Source: Octopus vulgaris (taxonomy: Eukaryota). From it: a stretch of DNA of 64,000 nt. How positions within the stretch are numbered: position 1 is the stretch's first letter; every line of letters starts with the position of its first letter. The translations under genes were made by a program, and so were the position numbers. Shown here piece by piece: positions 37,307 to 50,414 of this stretch. The stretch covers positions 118,420,001-118,484,000 of the forward strand of contig OX597821.1 in the NCBI GenBank assembly GCA_951406725.2, in the 5' to 3' direction. The notes below the pieces were generated by a model. The model did no database searches. It saw nothing but the letters and a program-made list of their open reading frames with translations, and was not told the DNA's origin.

Positions 37307-38149
37307 CTGTAAAATAAGAAAATAAATGTAAGGAGCTGGTTTCTAACAAAGATAGAAAGTTCTATCTTTGGAATGTAGATAACGAAGACATTGTTACATT
37401 TTAAATTTACATTTTAAATTTACGAAAAGTCTTGCATAATTTTAGTGTTCCTCTTACAATAAAAGCTTATCCTAACTGACAGTGAGACGTTTACTTAGAA
37501 AACCAAGTCTTCTAATTATTTTTGGTATAAATGTAAATTTCTAATCCGCATATAGAAGCAAGAAACATCGAAGGAATTCTCCATAATTATCTTCTTTCTC
37601 TTTGATAACTTTACGTCCGCAGCCTATCGACCACTATGCCTGTACATAATTTTTCTTCTCTGTCCAAGTAAATATATCCGGCCTGTTGTGCTTGCGCTTG
37701 AAAGATGTTTTGATGGAAATGTTCCACCAGTATTTCTTGAACTGATATTTGTGTACCTATTCGATAACAGGGGGATTCTCTATATTTATTTCAGAATAAT
37801 CTTTTTTTTTCCGTATGGTATTGTATATTGCTTTTGCGACATACATATAAAATGGTGCTGTCAACATCATCGGACGTGCTAGCGAAGAGGGCCGTTTCAA
37901 AAGATATCTTTGAACGTTTCCTTCTACATTTATGCCGACCCCTCCAGCCTAAAACAGTAACTGGTTTAGTTTTCCTATCATTTTCAGTACCAGCGTTGCA
38001 TTAATCAAAGCGGATTTCAAAAATATATCTTATACCACGTGGAATTTCGCTAATGCGATAATGCCTGAAGGTAACACCATCACAACCGACGGAAGCAGCT
38101 CTACAATACCGCTAAGATACGAAGACGCAAGCATGTATATGTGTGTGTG

Positions 38150-38206
<57 letters not shown>

Positions 38207-38259
38207 AAGGGAGCGTGTGCATGTAAGCGTATTCTGGTTGAATTTAACAGTTTGCATAA

Positions 38260-38530
38260 AAGGAAAAGAAAATCTCCCAACCAGAAATGAAAGTATTTAA
38301 AACAATAAAAAAATCAGCAAGTGCATTATGGCTGGGAGATAACGGTCGACTAATGTAATCGCCCTCAGCTTCCACCACAACCTGAAGTCGGTTCCGGAAC
38401 CGGGTACATGCATCCCTAATTATGTCTCTGGAAACATCTTCAAACATCTCGATTTTCGAGCTCCTTAGTCTTCACCACAAGCACAACGTGTCTTTCTAAA
38501 CCGCCCTCCTCACATAGTAATTTATGGGAA
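38260..38530 (-). mobile_element. Tc1/mariner-superfamily transposase 3' remnant
   Basis: IIRDACTRFRNRLQVVVEAEGDYI matches a Tc1-type C-terminus. Confidence 0.6.
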
Positions 38531-38576
38531 AACAATCCCATAAAGACATGAAAGCCAGAGTAAATGTTTGGGAAGC

Positions 38577-38641
38577 ACTCTTTTGGGTCCATTCTCTTGG
38601 AGTCCACTCTCTTGGGGTTCAGTCTCTTGGGGTTCAGTCTC
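38577..38641 (+). repeat. 15-bp minisatellite, ~4 units
   Basis: CTCTTGGGGTTCAGT-like units. Confidence 0.85.
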
Positions 38642-39507
38642 AGGCTTTTGCAGAAGAAGATGGAAACCTCTGTTTACCTTTTACCTTTGAAATATATTTC
38701 GCTACCATGTTCTATCGTGACATCCACAACAAAAATGAATTTATCACAAAATGTGTGTTTAATCAAGCAAGGAGCGAACTATTCCCCTCACTAATAAGGA
38801 GCGTACTGTATGCTGCCGAATTGTGACCTTGTGAGTCATACTGATCGTGGAGTACAGTCGTTGATTTCTGCATCTAGTTCGATATGTGATATCTTTGATT
38901 TAAAGAAAATTTTAGTTTTGTGTCATTCTGCGTCTGATTAACTTGTGCAGCAACTTAAAATGTATGTGAAAGATAATCTTCTTAAGATTGTCGAGTCCTT
39001 CATATTACTTGGGTGCGTTGTAAATAAGAGGGAACATTTGTATTAGAAATATATCTACGGATTCAAAAGGCTGCAAACTCTTAGAGATTTTGAGTAAACA
39101 GATAAATACAGGTAAATATCAGGAGAAAGACGAACATAAAACGGAATAGGGACTTGGTGGATCTATCTTAGTTGTTATTCTGTGGTATAATATAACATTA
39201 TACATTAACAGAAGCCGGGACACACCTATTGTATCTTTTCACTGACTCAACTTTTCATACTTGATCATAAGTGTAATTAAAGTGTATCATAGACTTGACA
39301 TAGCTGTAATTCAAATTTTGATAATTAAATGTATGACAGTAAAAAACTTGACTTAATTGTATTCTCTTTATCCTATTTGAATAATTCATTCATTAAGTAA
39401 GTACAGAATTGTCCATTGATTTGTAACAGAAATAAGCTGATAACCTTACAAAATGGCGGAATTTATGAACATATATATTTTACATAATACGGATCGCGAA
39501 AGCGAAA

Positions 39508-39690
39508 TCTGTATATATAAAAGACAGGATGTGCGTGTGTGTGTGTGTGTGTGTCTGTGTGTGTGTACGTGAATGTAATTTATGCACGTCCACAAGTTAG
39601 CACGCATGTCGCTCCAATTTTAGGAGGACATTCAACATGATCCTAGCTGTATTTTCAAGTCAGAGAAATGACCATTGTTTGCAATGGCAT
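39508..39690 (+). mobile_element. Helitron-like 5' fragment
   Basis: TCTGTATATATAAAAG followed by a (GT)n tract, as in the units at 19874. Confidence 0.35.
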
Positions 39691-40175
39691 AGGAGTATTC
39701 GATTGCTGTGTAAGTGGTTTCATAATTTAACTTTATAATTTCACATCGTCCATGAATACCGCATCTACGTCTGTGTAGAGAAGTTGATGTAATGATTTCT
39801 ATAACTGTTTTAACAACTTAAATTGATACTTTTCAGGAGGCATTTATTAATGACAAAATTATACATGCAAACCTACCTTCACAAGCATGCATATGATTGT
39901 ATATGTATACGTATATATGTGTATGCTTCCGTACGTGTGTTATAGATTTGTGTAAGTGGGAGAAGAGTTACCAACGACTTGTAACCGATGCTAAATTTCA
40001 AGTGATTATTTTGTCAGACGTTTAAAATCTTTCCTGCCAGTGAATATCTACTTCATATAAGAATTTCTACAAACGAAGGTAGATGAGTAGAAATAACTTT
40101 AGGATATTCACACGTTACTATAATCGATAAAATACATTTTCCAACAGAGAATGACCAACTAGAATAAATTTACTA

Positions 40176-41423
40176 CAAGTGTGGGCTGAAATGTTCATAA
40201 GCTGACGTATGAAAGAGTGATTCAAGAGCTGTGGAAACTTGCATTAATTTTTACAATTCTACTTAACTGTATTGTTTCTTTCCAGGTATACTGATATCTG
40301 AGTTTTCAAGAAGATTCTAAATGTAACAAGTCACAACAACAGACATGACATCATGATTACTACAATACTAGTTTCCCACGAAGTTGTTTTTACCTGGGTT
40401 ACAGATGATAGTCAGATAGGGCTAAATCAAAGATATTTGGGAGGTGATCAACAAGTCCAAAGCCACAGTTACGGACGACAGCCATTGAAACAAAAGACTT
40501 GTGTGCTGGAGCATTGTTCTGATGAAACAATACACCTTCCGTCAGTTTTTCTGGGTGTTTGGTCATGGTAGCGTTGTGTAACGTCTGCAGCACGTTTGCA
40601 TACTACACCCCCTTGATAGTGTGGCCCTTTCGAAAACAGTTAATAAACACAGGACCTTTTGTTTCCACCAAAACCATGGCCATTTCCTTCTCTGCAGATG
40701 AAACAAACCTGGCCTCGTTTGAGTTGGAGTGTTTCCACTACATGGATTGTCTCTTTGCATCTGGCGCAAAGTGATGAAGCTAATATTCCACATAGGTTAG
40801 GAAACGTTTACGGAAACCAGTTGGATCTGTCTAAATGTCAGGTTTTCTCGTGATATAACAAATCTGATACTATTTAGATGAGGTGTCAGAAGACTGGCAT
40901 TCATCGAGCACACCAAGTTCGGTGTGCTGAATATTCTCAACTCTCGCACGGGATACGCTAAAAGGATTGGCTGTTTTATTTCTATTCAGTCACCATTTAT
41001 ATTCCTCACCATGTGGTGAACGCGATCATTGTTTCCTTCGGGGTGGCAGTTGCAGAACGTCCAGACCTTTGGTTATATTCAAGACTCACCCTTCGTCCTA
41101 AATTCAGCTGCCCACTTTTGCACCGTTTTATAAAGCTATGGCATCATCCCCTAATGTAGCAACCATATCAGCATGAATGTCGTTGGGGGCTAAACCCTTT
41201 TTCTGCAGGTAATTCATAACATCACGATTCAAAATTTTGTCCATCATCAAGGGAAATCGGTATTAATTACATTTGAAGTCTGCTTTGAAAAGGGAGATGT
41301 CAGTTTACATTGAAAGAAATATGAAGTTATTAAGAAGAAGATTTGAAATGAATGCATACATGATTCTACATCTCTAATATCAACCCTCCACTGTCCGCCT
41401 ATGAGCCTTTCAGTTCAACCTCG
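40176..41423 (-). mobile_element. Full-length degenerate mariner (in intron of paralog B)
   Basis: TA flanks; TIRs CAAGTGTGGGCTGAAATGTTCATAAGCTGAC / GTCCGCCTATGAGCCTTTCAGTTCAACCTCG; LFHQNNAPAH and DLALSDYHL motifs. Confidence 0.88.
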
Positions 41424-41941
41424 TATTTTGCTAGTTTTGTTTTTTTAGAACAACAAACACAGAAACATGTAAAGTACAGCTTACTTAACTAAATGTCTCA
41501 TGTAATCGTATTTTACATTCCACTGACACTGCCAAGTTACTGATTGTTAATTTATCACACAGGAAGACATGTTGGTGCAAGGACAAACTCGATTAAATCT
41601 ATATCAGTTCCTGATGTGAAATTAGTTTTATCTATCAGAAATTTAAGAAAACAAAGTTGATTTCAGCGACAAATAATCACAAAATCTGACTAGGATTTCA
41701 TACGTTGAAGAAATGTATAGGACTAGTATGTCATCGACCCACAGATGAGTGAATGAGTGAAAGTTAACATCGACCTTGGCCCTTTTTATGTTCCCAAGCG
41801 AGGAACATAAAAGCCTTAACTTAATACAACGGCATGAATATTGTTTCAATCCATCATATCTTGACTAGAGGACAATATTAATAAAGAGATGCAAAAGAAA
41901 TGTGACAAGTGGAAGGCAAATGTTTGACTAGTATTTCTTAC

Positions 41942-41990
41942 CTGTTACAAAGAGCAGCAAAGCGCAGATGATGAATGTTCTTTGCATCAT
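41942..41990 (-). CDS. Exon 1 (signal peptide MMQRTFIICALLLFVT) of galaxin-like peptide, paralog B
   Basis: ATG, hydrophobic 16-mer, donor G|GTAAGA at 41941; splices in frame to 37306. Confidence 0.82.
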
Positions 41991-42044
41991 GATTGTGTTT
42001 TGGTCAATTGCCAGAACAAAATCTGATACTGAAAGAGTTTACTG

Positions 42045-42145
42045 TCGGTACTTATGCGTTTGGAGAACAATTGAAGCGGACTTCAAAATGTTTGTGATGA
42101 GAATTTCTCACAAAAATAATTCAGAAACAAAAGATGCAAATTAAG
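42045..42145 (-). promoter_or_regulatory. Putative proximal promoter of paralog B (CATAA box, CSL/kB-like site, octamer)
   Basis: GAGAATTTCTCACA 42099-42112 (TGTGAGAA on minus); ATGCAAAT 42134-42141. Confidence 0.45.
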
Positions 42146-42889
42146 ATTGATAGATATAAATACAAATATGTAAAGGTTATTTTTATTCATCTGTTTTGTA
42201 GAAATCTCAACTGTTTATATTAAAGCAAACGGGAGTGGTGGTGTTTGAAATTATCACGTTTTCTAACACCTGATAGCATTATCATTAACTTGATTAATTT
42301 TTTCATGCAGAGAATGAGTCACTAGATACAATCCTACTTAAAATAAGAAATATTCTAAGTTTGTGAATTATGATATCAAAATATAAATTTAAACGTTTAC
42401 TATCCTCTGGAAAAAATTTCAATATGATGCTTCATGCATTTATGTACAATAGCTTCGTTAGAAAACTATCAAATAGTTTTGTAATAGGATGTACTAGCTC
42501 ACTCCTTTCATCTACTAAATGCCCGCGTTCTAAAAACAAATATTGAAAATAATAAAATGTAAGCCTGCTTTGACTAGGGGTACAAATAAGATTTGTAGGG
42601 ATACACGGGTGCAACGTAGGAAATTGGGGATCTAGTGTAATTGTTCAGGGACATAAGAAATTGTGCTTTAGATCAGTAATTTCCAATGTGCTCTCTATCT
42701 TCTAAGTTTCCAATCCTGCGCACTTAGTCTTAGAATCCTTTGAAAAATCTCCTGAAAAATATTGCTAGAAATCTTGTCTTTACTAATTTATTTTTCAATA
42801 ATAATAAATTTACAAATTTACTTTTCAGACCAAGGACTAAGAAAAGATAATTCAAAAACCCAAAACATTTATCGGTGAAGCTGATCATA

Positions 42890-42914
42890 AAATTTCCCAG
42901 GGAATTTCCGAGAA
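42890..42914. promoter_or_regulatory. Composite NF-kB/GAS element ~0.91 kb upstream of paralog B
   Basis: GGGAATTTCC 42900-42909 overlaps TTCCGAGAA 42906-42914. Confidence 0.5.
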
Positions 42915-43264
42915 TGGCGAAAGAAATAATACTGAGCAAAAACAACATTAACAACAAAGATGCCGAGAACAGCATCATCAACAAAGTTTTTACATTTATT
43001 TACTCACGTGCACTCACATGCTTAGCTTTTACTATCTACTGGAACAAATATTTCAGTATGATATATTCTAAAATATTCTCACTAATAATATCTATTTCTA
43101 ATTTTAGCTGGGTTAATTAGTCTACATTTAGGGATCCTACGAAAATCGGGTTGGTGGTCCTTAAGGGTAATAAAAGATTGATGTGGGTGAATGTGTTCTA
43201 TACTATCACTAAATTTAAGATTTGTAGCGATCCTTCATATTTCGATATTCACCTCTTTATGTAT

Positions 43265-44515
43265 CAGGTCATCCCATAAGTTGTTACCTATTTTACCTTT
43301 TTTTAAATTGAATGAAATTCAATACTGTTTTAGAATGTCCAATGGAGTTTAAAATTATTTTTATGCATTTGTGTAGATTTAAACTAATTAAATATTATTT
43401 TACAGAATAATAGAATTAAAATTGCTTTCATTAAAACCCTTTCTAACATGAAAGTATCCAAAGAGCATTTGAGGCTCATAATTCTTTATGAGAAGAAAAA
43501 AAGGAAACTCTGCTGCCGAAACGACTTGAAACATACACTTAGTTTATGGGAAAGATGCTTGAATGAAAGAACTTGCAGAAGATGGTTTGAAAATTCAGAA
43601 GTGGAGATTTTAGCCTTGAAGATGAAGATCGAACAGGACGTCCAGTTGAGCTTGATGATAAGCTCCTTGAGGCATTACTTGAAGAAAATCCTGTACTATC
43701 AGTTGAAGACTTGGCAACAAAGTTTAGTTCAAACCATACAACTGTTTGTCGTCCTCTTCAACAACTTTAAAAGGTTCCTAAACTTGGAAAATTGGTACCT
43801 CATGAATTGTCCGAAAGCAACCGCAAATCCCGAGTTGACATGTGCTCTTCTCTCCATTCTCTCGAACTCATTTCACCCTTTTTGGATAGATTTGTGGCTG
43901 GTGATGAAAAAATAGATTCTCTAGCGAAATGTTAAATGTCGTAAACAGTGGCTTGGTAAAAGGGAAAAGCTCAACCACAACCGAGAAGGGAACTTGATGG
44001 GAAAAAGTTTCTTCTCTTTGAATTGTTAGCGCCTAATGCAACAGTCAATGCTCAAGTCTACTCTCAGCAATTAGAGCGTTTGAACCAAGCTTTGAAGAAG
44101 AAAATACTCGCTTTAGTGAATCGAAAAGGAGTGATGTTTCATCAGGACAATGCGCGACCCCACACTGCAAATATCACATCACAGAATATTGAAGAGCTTG
44201 GCTGGGAAAATATTCCTCACTCACCTTATTCTCCCGACCTTGCTGCTTCAGATTACATTTTGTTACGTAGTTTACAGCATCATTTGGGGGACATAACTTT
44301 CGCAAGCCAGCAGGAGGTTGAAAGTGTCATTTCAGAGTTCTTTGCATTGAAACCAAACGAGTTTTACATTGATGGGATTAAAATGCCAGTAAATAGATGG
44401 AAGGATGTCATAGATAGTCAGGGAAAGTACATTGAGGATTAAATTTCAGTGAAATATAACATTTGAACACTTGTTTTTTTTTTCAAATTTCAGACAGAAT
44501 TTAAGTGTTGACCTG
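43265..44515 (+). mobile_element. Mos1-like mariner transposon, frameshifted
   Basis: VPHEL, GDEK, FHQDNARPH and YSPDLAASDY motifs; CAGGTCA.../...TGACCTG ends with TA. Confidence 0.92.
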
Positions 44516-44520
44516 TATAG

Positions 44521-44715
44521 TCAAGGTTTAACTAACAGTAATAGAGCACGTAGGACTAGAACTAGGAAGGTTTTGTGGTTTAATCCCACATTTTACATTG
44601 CCGTAAAAACTAATATAGGTAGGGAATTCTTGAAGCTAGTTTCCCAGAATATTCGAGTAAACTATAAATTCTATTGAATTTTTTTCTCTTATCCCACGCG
44701 ATTCTCTTATTGAAA
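44521..44715 (+). mobile_element. Penelope-like linker remnant
   Basis: RKVLWFNPTF...VKTNIGREFLKLV is a typical PLE motif between RT and GIY-YIG. Confidence 0.7.
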
Positions 44716-45119
44716 GGTAATGTACCAAAATTCAAGCGTTTTTCTATTCACTCTGCTCCCCACTTACCACAACTTATCTAATTCGCTTTGTGCCTTCTTT
44801 CTTTTCTTTTCGTCTCTCTTCTATTAGCAAAAGCAAACGTTGTATGTGTTAGAAGTGTATTATGTATAAAGTGTGAGTACTAACACATAAGCGCTGGGAA
44901 TGTGTTGTATATATATGTGTGTATAGATATCTATGTGTGCATTATATATATGTATATGTTTGCCAGTATGTTTCAGCTTTTTTATGTGTTCGCTTATATA
45001 CTTTTCTTTTCACTGTGTGTAAGCATAAATGATAGATGTATGCGTGTGTATGGGAATAACGTGTACCTAGGTATATATGCATATAGACCCAAGCATCCAA
45101 TGACTCAAGCATCCGTCCC

Positions 45120-46714
45120 ATCATGAAATGATTTAATTATAAATACAATGTGATCCGGCCATCCATGTTTGCCAAGTATTTTCCATAGAAAGGACCTATT
45201 CACAGTATCAAAGGCCTTCGTTAAATCAAGAATACCTGGACCAGATCCATATTCTGCTCAGAGCACTTCTCCTGCACCTGTCTTGCTGTGAAAATCATAT
45301 CCATTGTACCTCTACCAGATCGGAAGCAATATTGAGATTCAGGAAGGCATCAGTTACGAGACACTCATTCAGGCGGGTCAGAAGAATATTTGCTAGAACC
45401 TTGCAACTGCTGATAGTAGAGCAATACCTCTGTAGTTACCACACATTGTTCAGGTTTCTTTTCCTTTATAGAGAAGAATAATTGCATCTTTCCATGCCTT
45501 AGACATTGCACTAATAAGTTCATCAAGGGACTGTATGATGTAATCACCACCAAATCGCAAGACCTCAGCACAAATTCCATCCTTTCCAGGTGCCCTACCA
45601 AGATTCAATTTACTTTGTGATGTCATTATGTCATTACTTCATCTATTGAGGGCGTGGAATTTAATGAGACAATTATCGGTATTTGTTGCATAGTATCAAT
45701 CATAGTTTCATCCACAACTGGCTCATGGTTTAGGAGTTCAGAGACCTGTTTGATCCAGCGACCTGTGATTTCTGTTGATTTAGTAAATAGAGTGGAAGAC
45801 TCCTTGGAAAGCAAAGGAGCTGATGCAGATCTCTTAGGCCCATAAACTTGCTTCATAAGATGGTTAAGCTTCTTGCTGTCATTTGCATTAGCAGCAGCCT
45901 GAACATCAGAGCAAGATCATCCCACCAAGTGTTCTGCATCTTCCTGAGAGATCGCTGCAGTAGTGATTTTACACTGCTATAGTAGGCAAGAACTAGATTT
46001 CGCTGCACAGCAGAAAGTCCTCTGTGTAGCAATACATTGTGGGCACCACGCTTTAGCACCAATAGTCGCTGAACTTCAGTATCATTTTCATCAAACCAGT
46101 CTCTGTGTCTGGTAGTAGCATATCCCAGTGATTCAGCAGCATATTGAAGAACCTGGTCTCAAAACTCTTCCCATTCTACAGTATTTTCAATTCTGGACAA
46201 GCGAGTTCGAAGCTCTATCCCTCACCACAGCATCATGTTTCTTGTGGACATTCAGACGCCGAGGAATGCCAACTGGCCTTCTCTCTTTCACTCTATTCAT
46301 CAATCGGAACTTTGCTCGCACCAGACTGTGGTCTGTCCAGCATTCCGATCCATGAAAGGACTTGACATTGCAAATATCATAGACGTCATGCTTGCGGATG
46401 ATGACGTAATCTAGCAGGTGCCAAACTTTAGACCTTGGATAAGATCATTCCTATTCTGCTTCCCTACTCTAAAACGTCCTAGAGAGATTCATGTTTGACG
46501 GCCTGTTCCGACGTTGCCTTTGAATTCCCCCAGTAGAATGACTATCAGAATTAGGGATTGTTCTAAGTATGGCTCTCAGCTGGGTATAAAAAATAGTTTC
46601 ATCTTCACCACAGTTAGTCAAAGTAGGTGCATACGGACTTATTAGAGTAGCAAACTGCCCGCTTTTCAGGTGCAATTGTTGAGTCATTAGACGTTCATTT
46701 ATAGGGACAGAAAG
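45120..46714 (-). mobile_element. Degenerate RTE-clade LINE (APE to start of RT)
   Basis: INERLMT, YAPTL, WHLLDYVI, DWFDEND, VYGPK, YCFRSGRGT.DMIF and DLTKAFDTV motifs. Confidence 0.85.
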
Positions 46715-46957
46715 CACCTCCAACTCCAGGCGGGAGCGAGCCCTACTGTACTCTTTCACCACATCTTTTCCTCATTCTTTCTTCCTGTTTCTGTTGTACC
46801 TGTATTTCAAAGGACAAGCCATGTCATTCTGTGTCACGCTGAATCTCCCCGAGAACTACGTTTAAGATAACTGTGTCTGTGGTACATTAATTTTACGATC
46901 AGGCTGTTGATTGGATTAACTGGAACCCTCATCGTCCGTAACCGACGGAGTGCCGTT
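46715..46957 (+). mobile_element. SINE 3' part
   Basis: Matches the body of 29694-30023. Confidence 0.75.
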
Positions 46958-46959
46958 GA

Positions 46960-47026
<67 letters not shown>

Positions 47027-47071
47027 AGACAAGGTAGGAAATGCTAAGATAATTTTATCATGAAGCACATT

Positions 47072-47109
47072 TTAGTACTGGTCTCCGTCTTTTAAACGTT
47101 TTCAACTAA
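47072..47109 (-). ncRNA. Decayed minimal hammerhead, U3-A8 core variant
   Basis: TTAG-TTGAAAA-CGTTT(AAA)AGACG-GAGA-CCAG-TA-CTAA. Confidence 0.45.
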
Positions 47110-47339
47110 GACTAAAATATGAAAAGCAATTAAAGTTGATAAAACATTAAGTGAATCATCTTCACTTGTGCTTCGGAAAACCTAATATTTGTATTAACTT
47201 GCTCAGGGTGTCGGTAACAATATATTGGTCAAATTAAAAACAGTCTACGCCAGAGGATGACGGTGCTGAGATCCCAGATTAAAATACGGAAATACAGAAA
47301 AATACTATAACATGAAAAATAACGAAGACGGAAAAGGTT

Positions 47340-48430
47340 TTAGCATTTGCTGTTTACCTGAAGGCACTTTCGAGACTTTTAAATTCATGAATTAATTTGT
47401 TTTTTAAAAGCTTCCTCCATTGATTCGAAATGTTGGATAGAAAACAATTTGTAAAAATTTGACAAAAATGGAGAAAATCCGACATATTAGACAGATATTA
47501 CAAAGTCCGTTCTCATTTCTGGCTAACAGCCATTAAATGGTTGCTGCTAAATGTGATGTATTTTACTGAGCAGATATATTTGATAAAATAAATCTGATTA
47601 ATAAACAGCTTATCTCATATTCGCCTAAAGAGCTATTACTGCTTTTCTAGGGAAAGCACAACTCTATAAAATGTATATTTTATATCGTGCATAATTACGA
47701 TTTCCTATTTAGGAATTAATGAGCAGTAATCCGCATAGTGATTACCTTGTATTGTATGCTGAACATTTTCAAAACCTGCATGATGATATGCAAGCTCGGT
47801 TTAGTGACCTACTGAAGTTAAATACACGCACTGGATGACATTTCCTGTTCATGTTAATGTTGATGATTGTTTGTTTGTTTGTTGAGCGAAGCGGCCTTCG
47901 TCCCAGAGCTCGCAAGATCGCGCCTCTGGAGTGGGAGAAGTTCGATACATGGTCCTTTTCTATTCGTAAGTCCCACAGAAGAGAAAGCAGGTCAACCCCG
48001 ACACCGAGAACATCGACGTATGGATGAATGCGCATCCAGGCTCAGAGGTTGCGTAGGAAGTCGAGGACAAGAAACAGGAAGAAAGAGTGAGAGAAAGTTG
48101 GAGCGAAAGAGTACAACAGGGGTCGCCAGCATCCCCTTCCGGAGACTCGTGGACCTTTAGTTGTTTTCGCTCAATAAACATGCACAACGCCCGGTCTGGG
48201 AATCGAAACCGCGATCCTCCGACCGCGAGTTCGCTGCCCTAACCATTGGGCCATTGCGCCTCCACTAATGTTACTGATGTACAGTTTGCAGGAAAATCTC
48301 ATTGAATTGCTGAGTGATGAAATATTTAGGGCAAGATTTGAAAATAGGAAACATAATGAATGGAAAAGTAATTACACTGCTGTTAATTATTCACTACTCT
48401 AGGAGATTGCGCAGTCGTATTTTACTACTT
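47340..48430 (+). mobile_element. hAT (Buster/Charlie-like) transposase remnant interrupted by a SINE
   Basis: LYAEHFQNLHDDMQARFSDLL and LQENLIELLSDEIFRARFE. Confidence 0.65.
47862..48264 (-). mobile_element. tRNA-derived SINE
   Basis: Reverse complement of the GGAGGCGCAATGGCCCAATGG head; TAATGTT on both sides (possible TSD). Confidence 0.85.
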
Positions 48431-48799
48431 TTTGAAAATTGTCCAAGGCTGGAAGTCCTCTTGGATAGACAAATTAGTTGTTCCTCCTCAGTCTTACCGA
48501 GAACATCACCGCTCATTCCAATTCTTACCCTCTATAGAATGTATAGATTACATTGCCCTTCTGACAGAAGCCTGTGAAGGACTGAGGGCACATTGGTGCC
48601 AAGCACCCTGTCTCAAGCTATATTACATCTATCACTGCAACTCTCTAAAGAAGAAGAATTGTGAAAAATTGTTACTGAAACAACGGTTACTGAAACAAGC
48701 AGTAGCCTGCCGAAATGATCCAAGAACTCAATAGTACAAAATACGAGATATAATTGGAGTAAAGAGTAACTCAAATACGCTAGTGTAAAATAAATGACG

Positions 48800-49470
48800 A
48801 ATAATTACGCTGACAACGGAAGAACAAAATTAGCGATTGATAGCACGTTTACTAGAAATATTTAATCAACAGACAGAACTACACCTTTACACGAGCAAAA
48901 TGACGAACATTAAAATTGAGGAGCCTCGAACAACAACGATTAGAAAGATTAATTGAAAAACTATCGAGCTATAAGAGGTATAGCAGAGATTCATCTATCC
49001 GGATAGTAACACCGGTAACGACATCATTATTGAGACTAGCGACGATGGCAAAGCTGCATTCATATTCAAGAAAATTTGCACCATGTGTTCCTTTACCACC
49101 ATTGGCTAAACTCTCAAACATACAGATTTATAATAGAATGGGTCTCCTATCAGATCTTTATGCCAGTGAGGCATGTAAGAACATCGTGAAAATAGAACGC
49201 TACACGTGTTCCATCAAAAATGCTTGAGAAAGATCCTGAGATCGTTCTGGCAAGACTATCTTTTGAAGACAGTTTGAAATCTTTAAAAAGCGAAGATTAA
49301 TACTAGCAAGCCACATATTCCGGCTACGAAAACAACATCATTCTAAATCAGCTTTCAAATAGACACCAACAGATCAAAAAAGAACGAGAGGAACGCTAGA
49401 GAAATGCGGAGCCAATAGAAACCAGTAACAAAAAATTTCCTGTACTATGTGTACGTGACCACAGGAGAAA
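48800..49470 (+). mobile_element. RTE-like LINE remnant
   Basis: FHQKCLRKILR and LYASEA motifs. Confidence 0.55.
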
Positions 49471-49764
49471 TTGATAAATATATATTTCCGAAGCCGAAGA
49501 AGAATGTAAGTTAAGGTCAACTTTGTAACAAAATACTACAACGTTATGGCAATTTTCCCAAACTAAAACAAAAAGATACTAATATATGCACATTTCAAGA
49601 GAACTTAGGAAAATAATTCAGCATTGAAGTCCCATGTTACATAACTGGTTTTGAATTGAAACCTATAAATGTGCATATGGGTCAGTGTGCAATGAATGAA
49701 TACTGAAAATTATAAAGGTATCATAAATATTTAATATTTTGTGTGTACATGAATAAACATGGTG

Positions 49765-50045
49765 AAGGTAGCGGACTCGCGGTGGTAGGATCGCGGTTTC
49801 TATTCCCAGACCGGGCTTTGTGAGTGTTTATTGAGCGAAAACGCCTAAAGCTCCACGACGCTCCGGCAGGGGGTGGTGGCGGTCCCTGTTGTACACTTCC
49901 GCCACAACTTTCTCTCACTCTTTCTTCTGTTGGCCCGCTCGCTTAGCCAGCGGGGTGGCGTCATCCGAAGGCTAAAACAATGCGAAGCGCATTGCGACCA
50001 GCGATGTGTAGTAACATCTGATAGCCTGGTCTGTCACGGTGTCAC
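49765..50045 (+). mobile_element. tRNA-derived SINE
   Basis: Same family as 31910. Confidence 0.85.
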
Positions 50046-50204
50046 ATGTATAAACAACCCCCCAGACACAACAAACAAACACACACACACGCGCATGTTG
50101 GATGTTTAGTTGTAGTCGAAAAATTACATTCAAATATTAATAGTTAGAAAATTGTAGTTTTCTTTTGAGTACTAAGTCATAGAATCGAAGCCGCACTAGT
50201 TCAG

Positions 50205-50400
50205 TCTAACGCCATCAAAACTGGTAGAAGGAGATCCTTTTACATATTTGGCAAGCACAATCAATAGTGATCAGAGGCTGAAGCAAGAACTAAATGACAG
50301 GGTGAACAAGACCATCTCAGCATTCGGAAGAGCGAGAGAGAAAGTACCAAACACGGGCACATGTTGGTTGAAGGGAAGCGCAAAATATATTGGTCAATAA
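50205..50400 (+). mobile_element. RTE-like RT remnant (paralogous to 10800-10995)
   Basis: FTYLASTINSD...SAFGR. Confidence 0.6.
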
Positions 50401-50414
50401 TATAATGCTCTCTA

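Noticed and set aside
37307-37349. ORF-track N-terminus MLETSSLHLFSYFT for the cysteine-rich ORF
   Set aside because: Starts at TTG and covers the polypyrimidine tract and AG acceptor; the spliced signal-peptide exon explains it better.
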